Shown: piece after piece, positions 6,737-12,807 of the stretch
How the letters are laid out: every line of letters starts with the position of its first letter
Numbering within the stretch: position 1 is the first letter of the stretch
IMG/VR virus record: IMGVR_UViG_3300017613_000573
Location: 1 to 35,632 of that record
DNA: 35,632 nucleotides
Source: a virus
Strand: one strand, 5' to 3'
Position numbers and translations under genes: made by a program
The notes under the pieces: generated by a model
The model's database searches: none
What the model was told of the DNA's origin: nothing
What the model saw: the letters and a program-made list of their open reading frames with translations, nothing else

Positions 6737-7357
6737 TTATAGCTCCTTGTTTATCCGAGCATCGATCTGGATTTTAAGCAGACGCTTATATTCGATAAGA
6801 TCATTAATATTATGAACCTGACCAGGTTGTTTATAATCATATTCAATAGCGAAGGACCGGAGTGCAGCGATATCAATGGATCCAGGCATTTGAGCCCATG
6901 GCTCGGCCTTTAACTCCTGGAGTCTTTTCTCACGATCCTCCTTGTTGAGTTTCTTTTTAGGCGGTAAGTAATCCTTTAAAAAATAATGCTCACGGCCATA
7001 AAATGTTCTGGCCTGTAATACATGTTTTGTTCCCTCAACTTCATCAGCGATACAATATTTTTTATATCTAATAGCGCCCTCTGTTAATTGATCAACGGTG
7101 AAACCTTCTAATAACCTTGTTTTCCATTGGCCAAAAGCCTCAATTTTTGGATTATTGGCTGATCCTCTAGACGGCATAAGCTTCCAGGCATTTTCAAATT
7201 CAGGCGAGTATTTAATCTCCTTGGCGGTGCGTTTTTTCTTCTGGCGCCTGGTTACGCTCCATTTTTCATCATTCCAGTCAACATCAAAGCCACACTCATC
7301 CATAAAAGTAAGCTGTAAATCCATTAACTGCCTGAGTAATTTCATTTCCGGGCTCAT
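6737..7357 (-). CDS. Hypothetical protein, possibly replication-associated (206 aa)
   Basis: ATG at 7357 has GGAGG 5 nt upstream and an ATGA overlap with the upstream stop. The motif YSPEFENAWKLMPSRGSANNPKIEAFGQW resembles motifs in phage replication-organiser-type proteins. This is a weak call. Confidence 0.5.
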   Translation of the reverse strand: MSPEMKLLRQLMDLQLTFMDECGFDVDWNDEKWSVTRRQKKKRTAKEIKYSPEFENAWKLMPSRGSANNPKIEAFGQWKTRLLEGFTVDQLTEGAIRYKKYCIADEVEGTKHVLQARTFYGREHYFLKDYLPPKKKLNKEDREKRLQELKAEPWAQMPGSIDIAALRSFAIEYDYKQPGQVHNINDLIEYKRLLKIQIDARINKEL

Positions 7358-7638
7358 GCTAACCTCCAAGCATAACAAAGGTTTCCAAAATCACCACGAC
7401 GCTGGATATCAGTTTTAATCAGCTTGTTATCATGGGTCAGGTTCGTCATGGCTCGGCGGATAGAGGTGATAGGCGTTTTATTAGTAAAGATAAGTTTATG
7501 CACCTCAAACGGTGTAAAATCATCTTTAGTTTTTTGGAATAACTCCAGGATTTTTTCTTCCTGGGTTAATGCTAAACAATCCCTCTTAGCAAGTTCCTCA
7601 AATTCCAGGCTATTCGTGTTGTAATAATGTTTTGTCAT
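7354..7638 (-). CDS. Winged-helix DNA-binding protein (94 aa)
   Basis: The leader is TTGCGAGGTtactATG. The segment FTPFEVHKL...TPITSIRRAMTNLTHDNKLIKT...GDFGNLCYAW looks like a wHTH recognition helix plus wing. Confidence 0.6.
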   Translation of the reverse strand: MTKHYYNTNSLEFEELAKRDCLALTQEEKILELFQKTKDDFTPFEVHKLIFTNKTPITSIRRAMTNLTHDNKLIKTDIQRRGDFGNLCYAWRLA

Positions 7639-7659
7639 AGTAACCTCGCAAGTTAATAG

Positions 7660-7691
7660 TTTATAGCATATAGCTATACTGCTCGATAATC
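7660..7691 (-). promoter_or_regulatory. Extended -10 promoter with the conserved early box (GTATAGCTATATGCTATAAA on the minus strand)
   Basis: TGcTATAAA (-10 at 7660-7665, TG at 7667-7668) lies 22 nt upstream of the ATG at 7638. The TATAGCTA palindrome is 3 nt upstream of TGC. The -35 is weak. Confidence 0.5.
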
Positions 7692-8033
7692 AATATATTA
7701 TTTATTCTCTTAATTTTATCCACAGTACGACTAATGACCTTAGGGACACCTATTTAAAATACAGGGATTCCTACGATATTCTTTTATTCTATTTGTTAAT
7801 CATCCATAACCAATATTGTATATATTATTGTCCACAACCCGATATCATCTATGAAAGGAGGTCAATCTGCCTACAGTGTCCACTAAAATGGTTTTACCGC
7901 CGGTCAATCCAGGCCTAAACATGGCTCTAGGAAAGCGGGAATATACAATTTCATCCAATTTTTTTAAAACTTCTCGCAGTTATACAGTGCCGTTGGCATA
8001 CCCGTGCTGTATTTGCGGTTGGTGTAGGACTAT

Positions 8034-8062
8034 TTGACAAAAATAGAAAGAGCAACGATAAT
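8034..8062 (+). promoter_or_regulatory. Near-consensus sigma70-type promoter: TTGACA-17 nt-GATAAT, pointing rightward
   Basis: TTGACA at 8034-8039, an exact 17-nt spacer, and GATAAT at 8057-8062. It lies in an otherwise non-coding 555-bp gap. Confidence 0.5.
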
Positions 8063-8087
8063 TGCGCTTAGCAGCAACGATAATTGC
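8051..8087. repeat. Two identical 15-bp direct repeats AGCAACGATAATTGC (8051-8065 and 8073-8087), 22-bp period; operator- or iteron-like
   Basis: Exact duplication read directly from the sequence. Each unit has GCAA-N6-TTGC dyad ends. Copy 1 covers the -10 of the 8034 promoter and copy 2 covers about +3 to +17. Confidence 0.7.
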
Positions 8088-8195
8088 TTCTACTTCTGTC
8101 AAACAGTCCCACACCTCGCAAGTGAAAGACTACAGGAATTTTCCCCACAGTCAATTCCAAAACTTGAAGGCCCCTATCTGGGGCCTTCTTCTATT
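8070..8195 (+). ncRNA. Candidate antisense small RNA of about 120 nt (promoter at 8034 to hairpin at 8167-8187)
   Basis: The predicted start is about 7 nt after GATAAT. The interval has no ATG and no RBS-linked start codon. It ends at an 8-bp GC-rich hairpin followed by CUUCUAUU. Confidence 0.3.
8167..8187 (-). terminator. Hairpin terminator (AAGGCCCC-5 nt-GGGGCCTT) 7 nt downstream of the stop of 8194-9162; possibly bidirectional
   Basis: Perfect 8-bp stem. The minus-strand downstream sequence is CAAGTTTTGG. Confidence 0.6.
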
Positions 8196-9162
8196 ACGCT
8201 ACTTTTTCCTCCTCAGGTTTATAAGTTTTAATCAGCTTTAATACGTCCAGGCTAAAGCAAGCCATATCCGAATTAAGGCCTTTATCTTTTAATTTGGGCT
8301 GGTTATCAACTACCTGGCGCACATCATTGAGATAGGCGTCGAGCTTCTCATAATCAGGGGCTAGGGCTTTGCGCTTAGCCTCAGCTTCTTTGTCAGCTTT
8401 CTCCTTGGCCTCAGCTTCATCCTTAAGGCGTTGCTCCTCCTCAGCGGCCTTACGTTCATTTTCAGCCTTTTCGTCGGCTTCGCGTTGTTGTTTATCGAGA
8501 GCGGCCTGTTTATCGTCTAGCTCTTTTTGCTGAGCGGCCATTTTTTCCTCACGCTCCTTATTTTCAGCTTCACGACGATCCAGGTCAATGCGGGCGTCCA
8601 GCGCCTTTTCAAGATCTGATTTAACTTGGTTAAAAGTTACCTGAGCCGGCTCGAGAAATTCCTGATATTTTTCCTCAGTAATCTCCAGAGCGTTAACCAT
8701 ATCCAGGCGGGCTTTGATAACATCAGTTGAGGCATTAAGCAGACCGTTAACCTGGTTTCTCATAGTGGCGATCATATCCTCAATGATCTGGATCCGGCTT
8801 TCCTCGGCTTCACGTTCCAGGCGCTCCTCCTCAGCTTTGGCTTGGTCCACTTTTTCGCGGGCCTCGACCATTGGCTGAGCGATATCCTTAAGGATTTCAG
8901 TAACGCGCTTTGCTTCTGCGTTAACTCCGCGCTGGTGCTCTAGGGCCTCAGCTGTTTGGACTTTTCGCTCCTTATCGACCGCGGCCCATAAGGTCCGGAG
9001 CTCTTGAACATTAGAAACAATTAACTGATAACCGTCGGCCGTATTGGCGTCCGGAACTACCTTAAATTTTTTCTTGAGCTCATTTAGCTTTTTATCGGTC
9101 ACACCTAGATTAACCAGGGCTTTTTTAGTTTGGGTTTTTACAGGGTCTTTAGTTGATGCCAT
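8194..9162 (-). CDS. Highly charged coiled-coil protein (322 aa) linked to the recombination genes
   Basis: GGAGG RBS. It has long E/K/A/R-rich heptad regions (EEERLEREAEE..., EKAENERKAAEEEQRLKDEAEAKEKADKEAEAKRK). It lies downstream of exo and erf, like the DUF1351-type partners seen in other phages. Confidence 0.6.
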   Translation of the reverse strand: MASTKDPVKTQTKKALVNLGVTDKKLNELKKKFKVVPDANTADGYQLIVSNVQELRTLWAAVDKERKVQTAEALEHQRGVNAEAKRVTEILKDIAQPMVEAREKVDQAKAEEERLEREAEESRIQIIEDMIATMRNQVNGLLNASTDVIKARLDMVNALEITEEKYQEFLEPAQVTFNQVKSDLEKALDARIDLDRREAENKEREEKMAAQQKELDDKQAALDKQQREADEKAENERKAAEEEQRLKDEAEAKEKADKEAEAKRKALAPDYEKLDAYLNDVRQVVDNQPKLKDKGLNSDMACFSLDVLKLIKTYKPEEEKVA

Positions 9163-9171
9163 TATGGCCTC

Positions 9172-9783
9172 CTATTTATTTAATACTTTTAAACAAAGAT
9201 TTCTCTCGGCCTCCACGGCCTTGAGTTGTTTTTTTAACGTATCAATCACCAATTGATCCGGGGTTATCCTAATCTGTAACATAGGGAGATCAGGATGATA
9301 AAAAACTAAATCGCACCAGGGGCGGCCAGTTACAAACATTTGGCCCTGTACCTGGGCGATATAAGTGGTCGGGGCGCGGCCGTGTTTATCGAAATACATC
9401 AGAGTTTTAACGTGCTCTTTAGGGATCTGGCATTTAAACTCGACCAGGCCAGGACCAGCTAATCCGTCTGGGCTGCAGCCGTACTGCATTAAGTCATTCG
9501 TGATAAAACCGACTTGCTCCACGTCGATATCATTATCCATTGAATAGGCCATGCGGGCAGACTCCTCGAGATCCTTGCCTCGATCCGTGTATTTATTACC
9601 CATAAAGCCATCCAGGACCTTACCGGCGTATTTTTCAGCGGCCAGAGCCATGGCATACTCAGGCATGGATTTGCTCACGGCGCCTGTACTTGTAACTAGT
9701 TTTGAAAATTCGCTGGCTGTAGGTATCCCGGCGCGTAGTGTGTGCCATTCTTCTGAGCCTTGTTCAACGTCGTGTATAATCAT
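9172..9783 (-). CDS. YqaJ-like (lambda Exo-type) recombination exonuclease
   Basis: The N-terminus QGSEEWHTLRAGIPTASEFSKLV is typical of the YqaJ family, and PDG...VEFKC matches the PD-(D/E)xK core. ATGA overlap with erf. Confidence 0.8.
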   Translation of the reverse strand: MIIHDVEQGSEEWHTLRAGIPTASEFSKLVTSTGAVSKSMPEYAMALAAEKYAGKVLDGFMGNKYTDRGKDLEESARMAYSMDNDIDVEQVGFITNDLMQYGCSPDGLAGPGLVEFKCQIPKEHVKTLMYFDKHGRAPTTYIAQVQGQMFVTGRPWCDLVFYHPDLPMLQIRITPDQLVIDTLKKQLKAVEAERNLCLKVLNK

Positions 9784-10553
9784 TCGCTTTTAGCCTTAAT
9801 TGCCATATTTAAACGGGTGATAACTGCCTCATAATTGCACTCATAGAGATCGTCGAAGCGATCCACTTTAAACGCCTCCTTTAACCAGCTCATAACCCTG
9901 GCCTCAGGGAGCTCGTTTTCTTTGATCATGGAGTCAATTTTTAATAACTGCTCCTCGCTCAACGTTTCAGGCAGTGGTCCGCCAGCCGCGTTCCCGTCGT
10001 CGTCGTTGCCTGTATTAAGATTAAATATTAAACAGGTTAGATATCTACGGCCGTAAGAATTAGCTGAACCGGTCCCGTGGGTTTTAGTTTTGTTAACCGC
10101 GCCCTTAATACCTGTAAGATCCAGAGGCGTATCAGTAAAATAATGCTTTGAAAAGCCTGAGGAGTGCATCACGTCGCATGTAACGCGAACATGATCAGCC
10201 AATGGGCTCTCAGCATTGCCGAAAGATAAAGCGAATCCCTCAGCCGTATAAACCGGCGTTATGGTTTTAATGATTACTTTCAAGTCTGAATAGCTAGAAT
10301 TTGTTTGATCATTCTCTCTATTTTTCACAATGGCCGGCATTTTTTTCTGAACCTCGACCATTGATATCGAGTAAGCTTGTTCAGCCTGGCGATCTAATAC
10401 GCGCTCCTGCATGTTTAAAAGTTTTTCCAGGCTATCTGCATCTACGCCATTTTCTAGGGCGGTCTGCAGCATACCCATAACCTGAGCCTCAGGAGAGAGC
10501 TGTTTTCTGCGAGCTCTCTTTTTTGGTACTACTGATAAATTATTTTCTGTCAT
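9780..10553 (-). CDS. erf: ERF-family single-strand annealing protein
   Basis: Motifs SYSDLKVIIKTITPVYTAEGFAL, VTCDVMHSSGF and THGTGSANSYGRRYLTCLIFNL, followed by a DDDG tail, match the ERF pattern. Confidence 0.8.
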   Translation of the reverse strand: MTENNLSVVPKKRARRKQLSPEAQVMGMLQTALENGVDADSLEKLLNMQERVLDRQAEQAYSISMVEVQKKMPAIVKNRENDQTNSSYSDLKVIIKTITPVYTAEGFALSFGNAESPLADHVRVTCDVMHSSGFSKHYFTDTPLDLTGIKGAVNKTKTHGTGSANSYGRRYLTCLIFNLNTGNDDDGNAAGGPLPETLSEEQLLKIDSMIKENELPEARVMSWLKEAFKVDRFDDLYECNYEAVITRLNMAIKAKSE

Positions 10554-10555
10554 TA

Positions 10556-10810
10556 TTAACTCCAGTGGTTATCATTACGCAGCTCGACCAATTCTAAAAA
10601 GCAAATTTTCGAGCATGTAATATCTGTTATATCGGGCTTGATGTGTGTTTCGATCCATACAGGCCTCTTACAGATCCGGCACTCGTATAGATCGTGGTTG
10701 TGTGATTTTGGGTAATATCCAAAATGATCCTTATATCTCAGGGACCATAATAAATATCTAACATTGTTATTTTGTGGGCTATTGCCCGTAAGAATTTTAC
10801 TTATATTCAT
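10556..10810 (-). CDS. Small Cys-containing (zinc-ribbon-like) protein
   Basis: GAGGT RBS. CRICKRP...CSKIC gives a pair of CxxC-like motifs. Confidence 0.55.
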   Translation of the reverse strand: MNISKILTGNSPQNNNVRYLLWSLRYKDHFGYYPKSHNHDLYECRICKRPVWIETHIKPDITDITCSKICFLELVELRNDNHWS

Positions 10811-10829
10811 CTCTACCTCGCCCGGTTAT

Positions 10830-10858
10830 TATATAGCAGATTGCTAGAAAGAGCCATA
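10830..10858 (-). promoter_or_regulatory. Extended -10 promoter of the early-box type (TGCTATATAA on the minus strand)
   Basis: The motif CTAGCAATCTGCTATATA lies about 20 nt upstream of the RBS of 10556-10810. The -35 is weak. Confidence 0.4.
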
Positions 10859-10881
10859 TTTCAGGCCCTTAATTCCCTTAA

Positions 10882-11457
10882 CTATCTTTGACAATTATAT
10901 GAAGTTTGATAAACCGGCTTACCTTCATAGGGTGACGCACTAGCATAGCTAGCAATTCTTACAGAGTTATACTGATTAACTCGTTTAAGCATTCCGTCGC
11001 CATCATTCAAAAATTTATCTTTTACCGGCTTTAAGTAATCAGCTCCAAAATCAGAACTATCAACCATTGCGCCGATCGCGCGGATCTTCACGGACTTTTT
11101 GCCAACCAGCTCAACTACTTGATAAAAATCAACATTAGTTTGATCATAGCCCCAGCTGGAATACAAGATATCTCCAACTTTTAGTGACATTTCAAAATTA
11201 TTTTTAGCTTCCTGTCTGGCTTTCTTCTCCTGAATCCTTCGCTCCAGATCATCCAGGTATTTATCGACGTACTCCTGGCGACGCTCCTCGCTTTTGAATC
11301 TCAGGAAAAAATCAGGCTTTGATCGCTTACCGCCAAAACCCTTGGCGACTGGACCGTTATCACCATCAGTCAAGTAGACCTCAGCCTGGACGCCTTCGCG
11401 CTCAACCTTTTCAGAATACTTACTAGGAATAAAAAACTCTCTGGACATTCTCATCAT
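10882..11457 (-). CDS. Hypothetical protein (191 aa)
   Basis: The leader TTGCGAGGTgtgaATG is the same leader motif as at 7638. There is no recognisable domain. Confidence 0.65.
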   Translation of the reverse strand: MMRMSREFFIPSKYSEKVEREGVQAEVYLTDGDNGPVAKGFGGKRSKPDFFLRFKSEERRQEYVDKYLDDLERRIQEKKARQEAKNNFEMSLKVGDILYSSWGYDQTNVDFYQVVELVGKKSVKIRAIGAMVDSSDFGADYLKPVKDKFLNDGDGMLKRVNQYNSVRIASYASASPYEGKPVYQTSYNCQR

Positions 11458-11489
11458 TCACACCTCGCAATTAATTAACCCACGCCTCT

Positions 11490-11518
11490 AATATAGCAAA
11501 TAGCTATACAGATTGCAA
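11490..11518 (-). promoter_or_regulatory. Strong sigma70-type early promoter: TTGCAA-17 nt-TATATT with extended TG and a TATAGCTA spacer palindrome
   Basis: The minus strand reads TTGCAATCTGTATAGCTATTTGCTATATT. It overlaps the 3' end of 11504-11719. Confidence 0.6.
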
Positions 11519-11719
11519 CAGTTTTTTATTCGCCTCTTTAATGGCCGCTCTTAATGATGGTAATTCCTTGGCTATTCTCATGCTGTTATAATAAACATTG
11601 AAGAATTTACCGTACTTGGCGATCGTATAGCCCTCGCATACTTTTTTAGGATAGGGGTATTCTCTCCAGCGGTTGTCCCAGAAACCGCCACCAGGTAATA
11701 AAGCTTTTTTAAATTTCAC
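11504..11719 (-). CDS. Hypothetical protein (71 aa)
   Basis: GTG start with GGAGGG 6 nt upstream. No motif recognised. Confidence 0.55.
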   Translation of the reverse strand: MKFKKALLPGGGFWDNRWREYPYPKKVCEGYTIAKYGKFFNVYYNSMRIAKELPSLRAAIKEANKKLLQSV

Positions 11720-11721
11720 AA

Positions 11722-12147
11722 TTAACCCTCCAAAATTGCGACCGCTTTCGCGTATCGTTTGGCCATGCTGGCCGGCATATCATAGTCTCGACTCGGATCC
11801 ATGTTATCGGCCAAGTCTGCTCGTTTTATCTTAATAGCGATATCGTTCCCGCTATCCTTAACTCTTTTAATAAAATCCAAATAAACATCACCAGGCTTTT
11901 TACTCACGATCACCACGGCGTTAACCACTTCGCCAGGCATACCCATAGCGATCAAGTCCTCAGCCTCCAGCTCACTATCCTCGATCGCGTCGTGTAATAA
12001 AGCCGCGGCCTCATAATAGGATCCATAACCAGAAACAGCCCTGGCCACGCTCAAAGGGTGATAGATATAATCCACGCCGGACTTATCTACCATGCCCCCA
12101 TAAGCAAAAGTAGCGATCTCAAAAGCTTTAATAACTAAATAATCCAC
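11722..12147 (-). CDS. HD-domain small alarmone hydrolase-like protein (SpoT/Mesh1-type (p)ppGpp/(p)ppApp pyrophosphohydrolase fold)
   Basis: Motif order YIYHPLSVARAV ... AALLHDAIEDS ... VVNAVVIVSKK ... IKRADLADNM matches the H..HD..D metal ligands and spacing of SpoT/Mesh1 hydrolase domains. It is 141 aa with no synthetase domain. Confidence 0.75.
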   Translation of the reverse strand: MDYLVIKAFEIATFAYGGMVDKSGVDYIYHPLSVARAVSGYGSYYEAAALLHDAIEDSELEAEDLIAMGMPGEVVNAVVIVSKKPGDVYLDFIKRVKDSGNDIAIKIKRADLADNMDPSRDYDMPASMAKRYAKAVAILEG

Positions 12148-12297
12148 TTATTCACCACCAACGTAATAACAATCAAAATCATTAACCCCGGAACCTGAAA
12201 ACTTACCAGATCCGGCGTATTCATTAACTGGGTATTTTTTAAGGTAGAGGCTCTGAGCTATTGCAAACAGAACCAGGCAAGAAAAGAAAACAACCAT
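12148..12297 (-). CDS. Small membrane protein (49 aa), first gene of the leftward early operon
   Basis: GGAGG lies 5 nt upstream of the ATG at 12297. The N-terminal TM segment is MVVFFSCLVLFAIAQSLYL. The longer ORF-track start at 12336 would overlap the promoter. Confidence 0.5.
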   Translation of the reverse strand: MVVFFSCLVLFAIAQSLYLKKYPVNEYAGSGKFSGSGVNDFDCYYVGGE

Positions 12298-12326
12298 ATC
12301 AACCTCCGAATTAACCCCACGGCTTA

Positions 12327-12355
12327 AATATAGCAATTAGCTATACAGATAGCAA
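12327..12355 (-). promoter_or_regulatory. Leftward early promoter: TTGCTA-17 nt-TATATT with extended TG and a TATAGCTA palindrome
   Basis: The minus strand reads TTGCTATCTGTATAGCTAATTGCTATATT. It is 23 nt upstream of the GGAGG of 12148-12297. Confidence 0.65.
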
Positions 12356-12374
12356 GTAATCAAATAATTTAATT

Positions 12375-12412
12375 TAGCCTATTGCTATATTTCATAGCTT
12401 AATGCTATATTT
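12375..12412 (+). promoter_or_regulatory. Rightward early promoter region: two tandem 18-nt boxes TAGCyTAwTGCTATATT (12375-12392 and 12395-12412)
   Basis: TTGCTA (12382-12387), an 18-nt spacer, then TGcTATATT (-10 at 12406-12411). The first box is itself an extended -10. The ATG at 12420 is only about 1-2 nt beyond the predicted start site. Confidence 0.55.
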
Positions 12413-12419
12413 ATATCCC

Positions 12420-12620
12420 ATGAATATTATGAAAAGCTGGCTTAGACGCCACACAAAAGAAGAAAACCAGGCCTTTGCCGATAAGATCGACACATCACTG
12501 ATGTATCTCGAGCAGATCGGCATGGGTATCCGGACGCCTTCGCCTAAAATGGCCGAGAAATTGGCCGAGGCGAGCGATAACGAGCTGGATAAGATGGGGC
12601 TTTTATTCCCGAATGGCTAA
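12420..12620 (+). CDS. Cro/YdaS-like HTH DNA-binding protein, probably translated from a leaderless or near-leaderless mRNA
   Basis: ENQAFADKIDTSLMYLEQIGMGIRTPSPKMAEKLAEAS has an HTH-like layout. No SD precedes the ATG at 12420 or 12429. It is the first gene after the rightward promoter. Confidence 0.6.
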   Translation: MNIMKSWLRRHTKEENQAFADKIDTSLMYLEQIGMGIRTPSPKMAEKLAEASDNELDKMGLLFPNG

Positions 12621-12807
12621 TAATTCCGAGGCTTATCGCTGGGAGTGTCTAGCTAGAACAGTCTGCAGGATGCCTGGAAAAGAAAGGCGAAAAGCATTTA
12701 TAGCTCGCTGGCGAAAGCGGCATGGTGTCGAGTCAGCTATTAAATTAAAAACCCTGGTCCGCGAACAGTGGGCCCTATTACATCCAAAGGAAAACAATAA
12801 TGTTTGA
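12613..12807 (+). CDS. Hypothetical basic protein (64 aa)
   Basis: ATGGCTAA overlap with the upstream stop. No motif recognised. Confidence 0.55.
   Translation: MANNSEAYRWECLARTVCRMPGKERRKAFIARWRKRHGVESAIKLKTLVREQWALLHPKENNNV

Noticed and set aside
8051-8087. Direct repeats (here and at 21477-21538) as a possible CRISPR array.
   Set aside because: There are only two copies each, the units are 15-23 nt with spacers of 7-16 nt, one set is in-frame coding sequence, and there are no cas genes.
7980-8102. 40-aa minus-strand ORF (TTG start) after the orphan TTGCGAGGT leader.
   Set aside because: Its only start is a weak TTG. The two identical 15-bp repeats fall in different codon phases, which argues for DNA-level function. 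I kept it only as a remark under the hub finding.
7639-8193. A tRNA or tmRNA gene in the large intergenic gaps (also 17073-17373 and 22194-22405).
   Set aside because: No cloverleaf could be drawn by eye: I found no GTTCRANNC T-loop with matching acceptor stems. A tRNAscan/ARAGORN run would be the definitive check.
8034-8231. 65-aa plus-strand ORF in the non-coding hub.
   Set aside because: It starts with TTG inside the -35 hexamer, has no RBS, runs through the terminator hairpin and into the 3' end of the convergent gene. The interval is better explained as promoter, operators and non-coding RNA.
12402-12419. The ORF-track start at 12402 for the Cro-like gene, and the long starts at 881, 6164, 6333, 7378, 12336, 13329, 14836, 19265 and 26285.
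   Set aside because: These upstream starts lack an RBS or overlap promoters or upstream genes extensively. Internal ATG/GTG codons with GGAG-type RBS or ATGA-type coupling fit better. The adjusted coordinates are given in the feature list.
12420-12620. The Cro-like gene and divergent promoters as evidence of a temperate lysogeny switch.
   Set aside because: I found no CI-type repressor, integrase, excisionase or attP-like feature, and the leftward first gene is a 49-aa membrane peptide. The phage is treated as probably virulent, but this cannot be excluded without profile searches.
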